28,140 nt of DNA from Candidatus Aenigmatarchaeota archaeon (GCA_044343545.1 JAWBZR010000007.1:1-28140); one strand, 5' to 3'. Positions 18,919 to 28,140 are shown, numbered from the stretch's first letter. Numbers and translations: made by a program. The notes: a model not told the origin generated them from the letters alone.

Positions 18919-20064
18919 ATGCAAGAATTTATTGATATCGCATTGAAGAACATTCTCAGACAAAAAACGAGATCGTTGTTAACTATAATAGGCATTATGA
19001 TAGGCATAGCTGCTATAGTAGCTCTTGGCTCTATTTCGGAAGGATTGAAAATTTTGGTTGAAAAAAACCTGCAGCAGGCAAGCGGTATGATAACAGTGTT
19101 ACAAAAAACAGACGGATCTTTTTTTGCGGCAATTTCAAGAAGCAGAATTACAGAGGAGCAAATCGATGAAATATCAAAAGTTAGTGGCGTGAAAGACGTT
19201 ACCGGTATAGTTATGAGAGGCGTTTATTTAAGCGGGCAGGGTGGCTTCACTCAACCTGATATGTTTTTTGTTGGTGTTGATCCGAATAAAATAGATATGT
19301 TCATAACAAGCAATATAAGGTATGATGGAGAATTATTAGATAAGAGTGACACGTTTGAAGTTGTTTTAGGAGAAAACCTGGCAAAAAAACTTGATGCTGA
19401 GATAGGAGATATAGTTACGTATAGAGGTTACGAATTTCAAGTAAAAGGAATTTTAGAAAAAACAGGAGATGCAAGTATAGATTCATCTTTTGTAGTAAAC
19501 ATAGAGACAGCTAGGAACATACTTGATATGGATTATTATAATATGGCCATAGTTTTACCGGAAGATATAGATGAGGTGGGCGAAGTGGCTAAAAGCATAG
19601 AAGATAACGTAGAAGGTGTCGCTGCTATTACAACAGAGCAGTTTGCAAAGCAAATTTCAAATGTGATCGATCAAATAAGATTCTTTACTGTGGGTATAGC
19701 AGCAATTTCGGCTATAGTAGGAGGTTTGGGAGTAATGAATACGATGATAATGTCTGTAATGGAGAGAAAAAAGGAAATTGGAATATTAAAAGCCATAGGG
19801 GCGACAAGGGATTTCATTATAAAACAAATAATAGTCGAGTCAGCCCTTTTAAGCCTTATAGGTGGTTTGCTCGGCTTGATGTTAGGTCAGCTTGGAAGTT
19901 GGTTGATTACATATTTTTCGGAAGGTTTGGCCTTTGCTAAAACAACACCAACACTTTTATTAAATGCTTTGGTTTTTGCCATGTTTTTGGGCGTAATTGG
20001 AGGCATGTATCCGGCTATCATGGCATCAAAATTAGATCCAATAAAGGCGTTGAGATATGAGTAA
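18919..20064 (+). CDS. ABC transporter permease (MacB/FtsX/SalY family)
   Basis: RSLLTIIGIMIGIAAIV N-terminal TM, a large extracellular domain, GVMNTMIMSVMERKKEIGILKAIGA, and C-terminal DPIKALRYE. Confidence 0.95.
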   Translation: MQEFIDIALKNILRQKTRSLLTIIGIMIGIAAIVALGSISEGLKILVEKNLQQASGMITVLQKTDGSFFAAISRSRITEEQIDEISKVSGVKDVTGIVMRGVYLSGQGGFTQPDMFFVGVDPNKIDMFITSNIRYDGELLDKSDTFEVVLGENLAKKLDAEIGDIVTYRGYEFQVKGILEKTGDASIDSSFVVNIETARNILDMDYYNMAIVLPEDIDEVGEVAKSIEDNVEGVAAITTEQFAKQISNVIDQIRFFTVGIAAISAIVGGLGVMNTMIMSVMERKKEIGILKAIGATRDFIIKQIIVESALLSLIGGLLGLMLGQLGSWLITYFSEGLAFAKTTPTLLLNALVFAMFLGVIGGMYPAIMASKLDPIKALRYE

Positions 20065-20734
20065 TGTGATAGAATTACATAATGTTGAAAAGGTTTATAA
20101 TGAAGGTAAAGAAAATGAGTTGAAAGTTTTGAAGGGCATAAATATAAAAATAAAGGAAGGCGAATACGTATCGATAGTTGGGCCATCAGGGTCAGGAAAA
20201 AGCACGCTTATGCATATAATGGGTTGTTTAGATAGGCCGACGAGAGGAAAGGTAATTATAGACGGTCAAGATGTTTCTAAGCTTAACGATGAAAAGCTGG
20301 CAAAAATAAGGAGAGAAAAAATCGGATTCATATTTCAACAATTCTATTTGATACCTGTGTTAAATGCTCTAGAAAATGTAAAAGTTCCGATGAATTTGCT
20401 TTCCAAGAGTGTTTACGATAAAGATGAAAGGGCAAAAGAGTTGTTAAGACTTGTTGGATTGGAGCATAGACTTTATCATTTTCCGAATCAACTTTCTGGT
20501 GGAGAAATGCAGAGGGTGGCTATAGCGAGAGCATTGGCAAATAATCCAAAGATTATTTTGGCGGATGAGCCAACGGGAAACTTGGATACTAAAAGAGGAG
20601 AGGAAATTATAAATTTATTGGAAAATTTAAATAAGGAAGGAAAAACATTAATAATAGTAACTCATGATTTATCCATAGCAAAGAGAGCTGAGAGGAAAAT
20701 AATGATAAGAGATGGCATGGTGATAAAGGAATGA
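20057..20734 (+). CDS. ABC transporter ATP-binding protein (LolD/SalX family)
   Basis: GPSGSGKS, LSGGEMQR, ILADEPTGNLD, VTHD. Confidence 0.95.
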   Translation: MSNVIELHNVEKVYNEGKENELKVLKGINIKIKEGEYVSIVGPSGSGKSTLMHIMGCLDRPTRGKVIIDGQDVSKLNDEKLAKIRREKIGFIFQQFYLIPVLNALENVKVPMNLLSKSVYDKDERAKELLRLVGLEHRLYHFPNQLSGGEMQRVAIARALANNPKIILADEPTGNLDTKRGEEIINLLENLNKEGKTLIIVTHDLSIAKRAERKIMIRDGMVIKE

Positions 20735-21843
20735 AAAAATTATTGATCTTGTTGCTATTGCTTCCACTTGTTGCAGCAAAGGTAGACATATCTTTGAAAA
20801 CCGCTTACACGAATCCGTATCCGATTGAGCCAGGAAAGAATTTTTTATTAGGGGTGCAAGTTTCAAATAACGGCGATGAAGAGGCTAAAAATGTTGCGAT
20901 ATCTCTATCACCCAATTCACCATTCACGATTGTTGACAAGCTAAATGAGGATCCTATCACTCTGAGTCCTGGAGCGATGAGGATAATAGAATATAGATTG
21001 TTTGTTGATTCTTCTGCCGTTTCTTCAACATATCAAATGCCAGTGAAAATAAAATATAGTGGCTCTGAAGAGATCACAAGAAACATAGTCGTGAGGGTTC
21101 AAGGAAAGCCTAATATAGCATACATAGAAGTTAACAATTTTTCCATTTCTCCTGGAGAAACCAAAATTATGGAAGTTCAATTGAAGAATGTGGGCAGCGG
21201 AACGGCAAAGAGGGTGATAGCCACACTCACGCCTTTAACAGATAATATCAAGATAGTGCTTTCAGGCGGTAATTATTTTGTTGGAGATATATCTTATGAA
21301 GATAGAAAGAGCGCTTATTTTCAGATTTATGTGACGCCAGATACAAGTTATGGTGTTTATGATGCAATTGTTAGGTTGATTTATGAAGATGAAGCAGGTA
21401 ACATGCAGGTAAAAAACTTTTCTATTGGTATTTTTGTGACAGGGAAACCGCAAATAAAGATTATCAAAGTCGCAACTGATACTTCAAAAGGTGAATTAAA
21501 GGTGGACGTGATAAATGACGGTAACGCAGAAGCAAGAGGTATAAAAGGAGAGTTGATGGTTGGTGATAGCATAGTCGATGTGGACTATATATCAAAAATA
21601 AATGCCCAAAAGAGCTCGACGTTAAAGTTTGATATACCTCCAGTAAAGGAAAACAGAATCGATATACGCATTTCCTATTATGGAGCAAACAACGAGCAAT
21701 ATGTGTTTAAAGAAAATATATCTTGGAGGAATAAAAATAAAGTTAATTGGGTGTTGTTGGCTATAGGCCTGTTAATGACCTATTTACTAATAAAGAATTT
21801 CGGATCAAAAGTTTTGACAAAATTAAAGAGGGCTAAAAAATAG
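20731..21843 (+). CDS. S-layer-domain / Ig-like surface protein (COG1361-like)
   Basis: Signal peptide, repeated N-x-G-x-x-x-A beta-sandwich modules and a C-terminal TM anchor; typical neighbour of this ABC type in archaea. Confidence 0.8.
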   Translation: MKKLLILLLLLPLVAAKVDISLKTAYTNPYPIEPGKNFLLGVQVSNNGDEEAKNVAISLSPNSPFTIVDKLNEDPITLSPGAMRIIEYRLFVDSSAVSSTYQMPVKIKYSGSEEITRNIVVRVQGKPNIAYIEVNNFSISPGETKIMEVQLKNVGSGTAKRVIATLTPLTDNIKIVLSGGNYFVGDISYEDRKSAYFQIYVTPDTSYGVYDAIVRLIYEDEAGNMQVKNFSIGIFVTGKPQIKIIKVATDTSKGELKVDVINDGNAEARGIKGELMVGDSIVDVDYISKINAQKSSTLKFDIPPVKENRIDIRISYYGANNEQYVFKENISWRNKNKVNWVLLAIGLLMTYLLIKNFGSKVLTKLKRAKK

Positions 21844-21846
21844 ATT

Positions 21847-22107
21847 TTATAATCTTTGAAAGAGTTGTTTCATTTTGAGTAAATTTTCGGTCGGAGCCAC
21901 TATTTTTGACATTCCCATCTCGAAAAACATTATCAATCCCAGAATAGCGAGAACTTCGAGCATGCCAGCCAATTTATGCCTCTCTATGCCTGTCTTCTTG
22001 GAAAGCTCTGTTAAACTTAAACCGGGCTTGCCCGCTTGTCTTTCCTGAAATAAAAGCTTGAATATTTTTACCATGGTTTTATCTTTAAATACATTCTTAA
22101 TGTCCAT
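21847..22107 (-). CDS. Small winged-helix DNA-binding protein
   Basis: GLSLTELSKKTGIERHKLAGMLEVLAILGLI HTH. Start probably ATG 22107, after GGGGGAT. Confidence 0.75.
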   Translation of the reverse strand: MDIKNVFKDKTMVKIFKLLFQERQAGKPGLSLTELSKKTGIERHKLAGMLEVLAILGLIMFFEMGMSKIVAPTENLLKMKQLFQRL

Positions 22108-22162
22108 ATCCCCCCTAATATAGTTTGTTAGCACCAACTTTAAATAATTTTCTTATCACTCT

Positions 22163-22489
22163 TTAATACTCTCTCCATTTATGCTTGCAATGACTGCAAC
22201 AATAAAATATTGTTGGTGGCTCATCAGCGGCTCTTGTTTGTCTCAGAAACCAATACGCGCCTTTCTTTCCACACTCGGGGCATTTCGCATCTTCATCGAT
22301 TGGATATTGTTCCAACTCTTTTTCTTCGTCAAACACGACGATCACATCTTCTTTCTTTTTCATTTTTTCTGAAATAGTCGTAACGTCACCTGTCTTTTCT
22401 TGACTTCCACATTTTCTGCAGACGTATACTAATGCTTCCTTCTTTTTTTCTGAAATCATCAAGTTACCACATTTGTTGCAAAATTTCAT
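22163..22489 (-). CDS. tfs: Transcription factor S (TFS / RpoM-like)
   Basis: MKFCNKCGNLM and CRKC N-terminal Zn ribbon; CPECG...QTRAADEPPTIFY..C.HKWREY with the acidic DE loop. Confidence 0.95.
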   Translation of the reverse strand: MKFCNKCGNLMISEKKKEALVYVCRKCGSQEKTGDVTTISEKMKKKEDVIVVFDEEKELEQYPIDEDAKCPECGKKGAYWFLRQTRAADEPPTIFYCCSHCKHKWREY

Positions 22490-22500
22490 TTAAATCACCC

Positions 22501-23034
22501 TCAAATGATCAATGAAATTATCCAAGAAACTATATAGGTAAATATAATTTTCGGCCAACCCAAGAATGGAATGATGAAAATTACTTTACCGTGAATTTTT
22601 TTTACTTCCCAAGGGTCTGTTACTTGGTTGTGGTCACCCTTCGTTATTATTCTATCATCTTCTAATTTTACAACTCTATGTACTATGGGTATTCTTTGCT
22701 CATCTATATCAAAAACTATCACATCACCTACTTTAACTTCATTTTTATCCACACCTTTTATTACCAAAACATCACCCTTTCTAAAACCATTCTTTATTGG
22801 CCAACTTTCTATATAATTTCTACTGTAGCCGTATTTTTCTTCCAAGAATTTGTAATGGACTATTTCTGTCGTGTGGTCATGGGTCATGGATTCTGAAATA
22901 ACTGCAACTACTGGTAGGTCAGTTCGAAGCAAAAAACCCAAGCCATAATTCATGAAAAGGATCAATAGTATTGCTGTTACCAGAAATTTTATGTTTTCTT
23001 CCAGTTCCTTTTTCTTCAAGCTCGCCCACCACAT
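22501..23034 (-). CDS. Signal peptidase I (SEC11-type)
   Basis: TM segment, VISESM (catalytic Ser), GDVIVF, PIVHRV, TKGDHN. Start probably ATG 23034 (AAGGAG SD) rather than 23106. Confidence 0.9.
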   Translation of the reverse strand: MWWASLKKKELEENIKFLVTAILLILFMNYGLGFLLRTDLPVVAVISESMTHDHTTEIVHYKFLEEKYGYSRNYIESWPIKNGFRKGDVLVIKGVDKNEVKVGDVIVFDIDEQRIPIVHRVVKLEDDRIITKGDHNQVTDPWEVKKIHGKVIFIIPFLGWPKIIFTYIVSWIISLII

Positions 23035-23597
23035 TCTCCTTTTACTATGGCTGAAGCTATCATGTGTGCTAACCTTAACGGCTCTGGGATAAGGCTTTTT
23101 GTGCACGTGAGTGAAATTATTTCTTCCGCCACTTCTTTCTCGACTCCTTTAAATTGGAAATAGATATTTTTATTGTTTTTTATTTCAAATGCATACACTT
23201 TTCCAGCCTTTTTAATAATTTTCCATCTAATTTTCCAATCACTAAGATTTTTTATAGCACTGTAAATCTTCTTAAAGTTTGGTTTTTTTCTGCTCACAAC
23301 GATCACTGGTAATTTTAAAACATCGTGCAATTCATCTATGTCTATGACGTTGAAGCCAGCAATGGTTAAACCCTTGAACATCACAACCTTTAATTCTTTG
23401 AAATACTTGCATCCTTTTATAGCGTTGGCGATCTTTTCCGTTGCATCTAAGCCGTCAACTTTCACGCTGGTGACTATCATTCCATCAAAATCCTTTCCAC
23501 CCCTCATAACTATGCCAACAACTATAGCTTCGTTTTTTTGCTTATGGAAGGGGCCGTCATCTATTCCCAAAACTCTGATTTCGTTTTTGATTTTCAT
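23016..23597 (-). CDS. DUF99 family protein (endonuclease V-like fold)
   Basis: RVLGIDDGPF, VDGLDAT, IAGFNVID, IPEPLRLAH. Confidence 0.88.
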   Translation of the reverse strand: MKIKNEIRVLGIDDGPFHKQKNEAIVVGIVMRGGKDFDGMIVTSVKVDGLDATEKIANAIKGCKYFKELKVVMFKGLTIAGFNVIDIDELHDVLKLPVIVVSRKKPNFKKIYSAIKNLSDWKIRWKIIKKAGKVYAFEIKNNKNIYFQFKGVEKEVAEEIISLTCTKSLIPEPLRLAHMIASAIVKGECGGRA

Positions 23598-23657
23598 ATA
23601 AACTAATATTTTTAAATTTTAGTTTTATTGAATTTAATTTAAATTTTGGTGATGTTT

Positions 23658-23834
23658 ATGGTGAAAAAGATATTTCCAGAAGCTATGCAGAGACTTTTTA
23701 ATAGAGTGTACGTGTGTAGAAAATGTAATCATAAAATAAAAGCGGATTATGCAAAGGTTAGAAGTGGTAAAGTCAAGTGCAGGCATTGTGGTTCGCGTGC
23801 CTTGAGGCCGAAAAGAAAAGAGAGAAAGGCGTAA
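23658..23834 (+). CDS. rpl40e: 50S ribosomal protein L40e
   Basis: FPEA..RLF...VCRKC....CRHCGS..LRPK pattern; GGTGA SD before ATG 23658. Confidence 0.85.
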   Translation: MVKKIFPEAMQRLFNRVYVCRKCNHKIKADYAKVRSGKVKCRHCGSRALRPKRKERKA

Positions 23835-23837
23835 TTT

Positions 23838-24110
23838 ATGGAAAGCAAATTGTTAAAGGAGTGGCGAGAAAAGGGTTTGAAACTCTCTGTAGATTTTGAA
23901 TTCTTTACAAAAAGGGATTATGTTGTTATAGGGAAAATAAAAGGTCAACCTGCCGTGGCAGAGTATGAATGTCCGAACTGCAAGCATTACGAGATAACCA
24001 ATGACGTAGACCTTGAAAAAACAAAGAGTGGGAAAAAGTTTCAAAGACCAAAAATAAAATGCGGAAAATGCGGAAAGGTAATGGTTATCGAATCCTTGAA
24101 AAAATTATAA
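23838..24110 (+). CDS. Small zinc-ribbon protein
   Basis: YECPNC...KCGKCG, two CxxC pairs; follows rpl40e. Confidence 0.75.
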   Translation: MESKLLKEWREKGLKLSVDFEFFTKRDYVVIGKIKGQPAVAEYECPNCKHYEITNDVDLEKTKSGKKFQRPKIKCGKCGKVMVIESLKKL

Positions 24111-24476
24111 AGGTTTTTCATCATTTTTGTAAAGAAATTCGACACCATCTCTGGTAGGTTTAGCTACTCTCGTAACGCTTTGCACATTTAATCGCCTTGC
24201 TATATTCTTCGAATCTTTGAATATGAGGGACATCACCAGGTAAACCATTTGACTTTTTGAAGGAATAATCTTTGAAGTAATTATCTTTAGGGTTGTATCC
24301 GTATTCCGGGGGCTGAGCACATCTCATCATTGACTCATGAATAATGCTCATTATTTGTGGATCTACCAATATTGTGATAGGTAATGTATGTGAATCAACT
24401 CCAAAGTAGTTGCATAAAAATTTAGCAATATAACTCGGAGGTTTTCTGTTAAACTAACATGAAAATACATGTTTAT

Positions 24477-24541
24477 TCCACAGGAAATCCACAGGAAATC
24501 AACATTATGTATTCAGTTTCCATATGAAATTCCACAAGAAA
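24477..24541 (+). repeat. Four TCCAnnnGAAA repeats (mini-ORB-like)
   Basis: TCCACAGGAAA at 24477 and 24488, TCCATATGAAA at 24519, TCCACAAGAAA at 24531. Confidence 0.7.
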
Positions 24542-24593
24542 TTCATATAATTTTTTTTAGAAATCGTTTTAAATACTCTAATAGAAATATAAA

Positions 24594-24670
24594 TTTGGGA
24601 CTAATTCTAACGTGAAGGTTCACGTGAATTTAATCAATGAATATTATCTTTGGGACTAATTCTTCACGTT
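24594..24670 (+). promoter_or_regulatory. 15-bp direct repeat pair plus palindrome upstream of ftsZ
   Basis: TTTGGGACTAATTCT at 24594-24608 and 24649-24663; perfect palindrome TTCACGTGAA at 24619-24628. Confidence 0.6.
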
Positions 24671-24756
24671 TAATAAACAAATGAATGATTGAATTAAAAA
24701 TGATTTCGGAAAGAAAAAATATAGATTAAAAAATAATAAATGGAGGATGAGGGAGA

Positions 24757-25914
24757 ATGAATTCGATCGTGCAAAATGCTTTGAAAAGAAGTTTTGGCTC
24801 CACTGGAGAGTTTGAGCAAGCAAATAGATTTAGGTTGCAGTCAGCTTCGGGTGCGACACACAGGAATATCGACTATTTCAAGTTGGCTGCAGAAGAGTTT
24901 GGTTTTGAAGTGAAAAAAGCAAGAATAGTATGCATAGGTTGTGGTGGCGGTGGAACAAACACAATAACACGATTGACTGAAATGGGCGTTGAAGGAGCAT
25001 TTACAGTTGCTATAAATACAGATGCAAAACACTTGGCAGTAGCTAAAGCAGATAAAAAAATACTTATAGGTAAAGAGTTAACAAGAGGTTTAGGTGCTGG
25101 CGGTTATCCAGAAATAGGTAGAAAGGCGGCAGAAGAAAGCAGGAATGAAATAAAAAATGCATTGGAAGGAGTAGATCTGGCTTTTGTCACAGTTGGTTTG
25201 GGTGGAGGAACCGGTACTGGTTCGGCACCTATAGTGGCTGAAATCGCGAAATCCATGGGAGCAATAGTAATTGGCGTAGCTACAATGCCATTCAAGATTG
25301 AAGGTGCAAGAATGGCAAAAGCAGAGGAAGGCTTAGCGAGATTAAGAGCAGCTGCTGATACAGTAATAGTTATAGAAAATGATAGGTTGTTAAAGTATGC
25401 GGGAAATTTACCTCTTCAGCAAGCATTTGCCGTTGCAGACGAACTTGTAGCAAGCATGGTCAAAGGTATAACAGAGACAATTACATTACCATCTCTCGTA
25501 AACGTAGATTATGCAGATGTGAAGGCTATTATGCATTCTGGCGGTGTAGCAGCTTTGGGTGTAGGCGAAAGTAGCAGTAGCGATAGAGCATTGGATGCGG
25601 TGACAAAAGCTTTAACAAACCCGTTGTTGGATGTAGACTATACAGGCGCCACAGGTGCTTTAATACATATCACAGGAGGAGAAGATTTGAGGTTGGATGA
25701 AGTAAATCTCATAGGCGAAACAGTCTCGCAATATTTGGATCCACAAGCGCAAGTTATATGGGGAGCAAGAATTTTGCCAGAGTTTGGTAACAAAATCCAA
25801 GTAATAACCATTGTTACAGGAGTTCAATCACCATACATTTTGGGTAGCGTGTCAAGAGAAAGGCCGACAACGAGAGAAGTGGATTTAGGCTTGGGAATAG
25901 ATATTCTCAGATAA
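24757..25914 (+). CDS. ftsZ: Cell division protein FtsZ
   Basis: IGCGGGGTNT, NTD, TRGLGAGG, tubulin signature GLGGGTGTG, and T7 loop VNVDYAD. Confidence 0.97.
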   Translation: MNSIVQNALKRSFGSTGEFEQANRFRLQSASGATHRNIDYFKLAAEEFGFEVKKARIVCIGCGGGGTNTITRLTEMGVEGAFTVAINTDAKHLAVAKADKKILIGKELTRGLGAGGYPEIGRKAAEESRNEIKNALEGVDLAFVTVGLGGGTGTGSAPIVAEIAKSMGAIVIGVATMPFKIEGARMAKAEEGLARLRAAADTVIVIENDRLLKYAGNLPLQQAFAVADELVASMVKGITETITLPSLVNVDYADVKAIMHSGGVAALGVGESSSSDRALDAVTKALTNPLLDVDYTGATGALIHITGGEDLRLDEVNLIGETVSQYLDPQAQVIWGARILPEFGNKIQVITIVTGVQSPYILGSVSRERPTTREVDLGLGIDILR

Positions 25915-25915
25915 T

Positions 25916-25970
25916 ACTCCTTTTTGGAGTCACCCCCTTAAACTTCCCCCCCTTTTTTTTCTTTTTTTTT
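25916..25970 (+). terminator. Probable terminator after ftsZ
   Basis: Short hairpin ACTCC-TTTTT-GGAGT, then a pyrimidine tract ending T8-C-T9. Confidence 0.65.
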
Positions 25971-25993
25971 AATTAAAGCGAGGTGAAAAGAAA

Positions 25994-26185
25994 ATGAATG
26001 AAGAAAAAATATTGTTAAGCCTCATAAGAAAGGATTGCGAGATTAACGGTTATACAGATGAGGACAGGTTAGCAAAGATGGCGGGATTAATGAACATACA
26101 TCCAGAAAAATATCAGAAAATTTTGGAAAATCTAATAGCTACCAAGCAAATCAATAAAAAAGGCAAGCATTTTTTTATTGTTTAA
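25994..26185 (+). CDS. Small hypothetical protein, possibly winged-helix
   Basis: GAGGTGA SD before ATG; 63-aa helical ORF ending KQINKKGKHFFIV. Confidence 0.65.
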   Translation: MNEEKILLSLIRKDCEINGYTDEDRLAKMAGLMNIHPEKYQKILENLIATKQINKKGKHFFIV

Positions 26186-26202
26186 TTTTTTCCAAAATTT
26201 TT

Positions 26203-26421
26203 TTAATTGACTTTTTTAAAGAATTTTTCATCTTCAACAATACTTGAGCTAATTTTGAAAGGTCTTTTATTTTTGCTCATAATGAAGTAAACGCCTTTTG
26301 ATTTTTGAACTATTTGTACTTTGTATATTTCTCCCACTTTTAGCTGAGGAAGATGAGGATTAGACCTAAGACAAATTATTTTATCGTTAGGCATGTAGAC
26401 TCCTGGTTGTGGCTTCCTCAT
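26203..26421 (-). CDS. Small hypothetical protein
   Basis: GGTGA SD before ATG 26421; 72 aa, beta-rich. Confidence 0.6.
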   Translation of the reverse strand: MRKPQPGVYMPNDKIICLRSNPHLPQLKVGEIYKVQIVQKSKGVYFIMSKNKRPFKISSSIVEDEKFFKKVN

Positions 26422-26486
26422 ATTTCACCACTATTTAATATTAAATAGAAATCCTTTTATTTAAAATTTTCGCTACTTTACAGAAG

Positions 26487-27767
26487 TTATGGATTTACCG
26501 CTATTGCAGACTCGCCCGCGTGCCAGGTAAGTCTCGGTCTCGTTTGCATTTGAAATATTCTTTCAGAATTATCGTCCAAAATTATCGAAGCGCCTCTCCA
26601 TTTCGGAAGCGTTTGAATATATTTCCATACATCTTCCATCAAGTATGTTTGCATAGTTGCATGCAAAGCTTCTAAATCACTTTTGGCGGTTAATCTATGC
26701 GAAATTACCATATCAGCTTGCGAGACCACTTCCGGATGTATTTTGTTGGGCATTTGTGTCATGGGAACCAAGCTAATTCCAGGCTCCCTACCTTGCTTGA
26801 CTATTGTCAGTATAGGTCCTGTAGAAACCGTTTCGGCACCTGAAGGAACAAAATTATGAGCCTCATCGATGATTAGCCAAACCATGGGAAATCTCTCCTT
26901 TAACTTTATCTCCCCCACCCTAGCTAATTCTTCCTGTTTTCTCGCCAAAACTCGCTTGTAGTATATATCTTTTGCTATTAGAGCTACAAGTAAATTTCTC
27001 ACAGACCATGCTTCTGTTGATCTTAATCTGGAAACATCAAATACATTTATCATACCAGCTTTCATCACTTCTTCTGTTTTCACTCCTTCCTCTCCAAAAA
27101 CGCCCCAACTATCTGCTACAACTAACATGCTTTCCAAGGAAGATTTCACATGAGTATCCAACGTGATATCATCCTTTATTGTGGAAATCAAGTCGTTTAT
27201 TTCAAAATTTTCATTTTTTCTTTTCAAGCTATTAACAGCTTTTTGAAGACCCACAGATAAAGGGTTGGTTGGAGGTAGATTAAAAGCCATGGACCATTCT
27301 TCTGCAGAAAATGCATTAGGAGGTATAGAAATTCCATAATCTACTGGTATACCAGCTGCTTCATAATTTTCCTTTTGCTGATAGGGTACGTAAACCTTTA
27401 CTCTATCTTTTAGTCCTATAGGCTTTAATCCCCATTCATCTAATAATACTACTTGCTCTTCATTAGGTAGTTTCATTGACCAATATATACCCATGGTATC
27501 AATCATCACAGTCGTTAGATTTTTTCTCTGATTTTCCGGAAGTAAGGCTATCTCTTCAGCTATTACACCACCAAAATAGCTTTTTCCAGTACCTCTCTTG
27601 CCGCATATCAAAAGTAGATGTGGTCTCAATAAATCCATTAAAATTTTGTTGGCTAAGTGAGCTTCTTCTCCCTTGCCAACTATGTGTCTACCTAAGTATG
27701 CTGTAGCTTCTGTGCCAAATTTTGCCAAATCTTCCTTTAATCTTCCGACAACAATTTCGTTTGCCAT
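26487..27767 (-). CDS. HerA-like / DUF87 P-loop ATPase without HAS barrel
   Basis: ICGKRGTGKS Walker A, IDTMGIYW, LIIDEAH Walker B, KQGREPG, TQMP, SQAD. Confidence 0.88.
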   Translation of the reverse strand: MANEIVVGRLKEDLAKFGTEATAYLGRHIVGKGEEAHLANKILMDLLRPHLLLICGKRGTGKSYFGGVIAEEIALLPENQRKNLTTVMIDTMGIYWSMKLPNEEQVVLLDEWGLKPIGLKDRVKVYVPYQQKENYEAAGIPVDYGISIPPNAFSAEEWSMAFNLPPTNPLSVGLQKAVNSLKRKNENFEINDLISTIKDDITLDTHVKSSLESMLVVADSWGVFGEEGVKTEEVMKAGMINVFDVSRLRSTEAWSVRNLLVALIAKDIYYKRVLARKQEELARVGEIKLKERFPMVWLIIDEAHNFVPSGAETVSTGPILTIVKQGREPGISLVPMTQMPNKIHPEVVSQADMVISHRLTAKSDLEALHATMQTYLMEDVWKYIQTLPKWRGASIILDDNSERIFQMQTRPRLTWHAGESAIAVNP

Positions 27768-27859
27768 TACAAATTATAAGATAGTTTTTGTTGAAATTAT
27801 TTTTTAGTTTAATTTTTTGTAGTCATTTTTAAATGTTTTGTTGTTTTAAATTTTAAATT

Positions 27860-28140
27860 ATGGACGAATTTTTGGTTAGGGTACTACCCTCATATTGTTA
27901 TGCGCCCCATACAGCGGTGATTGAAAGTGGACCAGAAGTATTAGGCGCAAATCTTCAGTATGAAGGTAAACCATCAATCTCAAAAGCTTATGCTGGTGAT
28001 ATAGCTGTTGAATTATATGATATACCATTAAGGGTTTTAGGCAATCGTTCCAGAGATCGCTTCTCTGTACCTGAAGGACACTTTAGGTTAGGTTATCTGC
28101 TCTCATTATTTTATGATCCCAACCAAATAGATAAATTAAG
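27860..28140 (+). CDS. Hypothetical protein, partial (runs off the right edge)
   Basis: ATG 27860 (MDEFLVRVLPSYCYAPH...); no stop before the window end. Confidence 0.55.
   Translation, partial: MDEFLVRVLPSYCYAPHTAVIESGPEVLGANLQYEGKPSISKAYAGDIAVELYDIPLRVLGNRSRDRFSVPEGHFRLGYLLSLFYDPNQIDKL

Noticed and set aside
23035..23106. N-terminal extension of SEC11 in the ORF track
   Set aside because: It lies inside the DUF99 gene; a better ATG with an SD exists at 23034.
24477..24670. CRISPR array
   Set aside because: The repeats are only 11-15 bp, few in number and irregularly spaced; no cas genes are present.

Overview
AT-rich, gene-dense archaeal chromosomal segment; gene content and class III signal peptide repertoire suggest a DPANN lineage (inference). 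From left to right: a type IV pilus locus (four leftward class III signal peptide proteins, one with a vWA domain, then a divergent CBS-wHTH gene, VirB11/CpaF ATPase, two TadC-like proteins, two coiled-coil proteins and a probable major pilin); a HerA-like ATPase, metallophosphoesterase and NUDIX hydrolase; aIF5B/IF2; a eukaryote-like topoisomerase IB; an RPA small-subunit-like gene and PCNA; a MacB/LolD-type ABC module; TFS, SEC11, DUF99 and L40e; ftsZ behind a repeat-rich intergenic region; and a second HerA-like ATPase. The standout observation is a 30-nt stop-containing insertion in the GHVDHGKT P-loop of aIF5B. It folds into a bulge-helix-bulge-like structure whose canonical cleavage sites restore the motif exactly, making it a candidate archaeal mRNA intron. 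The same gene has no in-frame ATG and may start at AUC. A mini-ORB-like repeat cluster upstream of ftsZ is a candidate replication origin.
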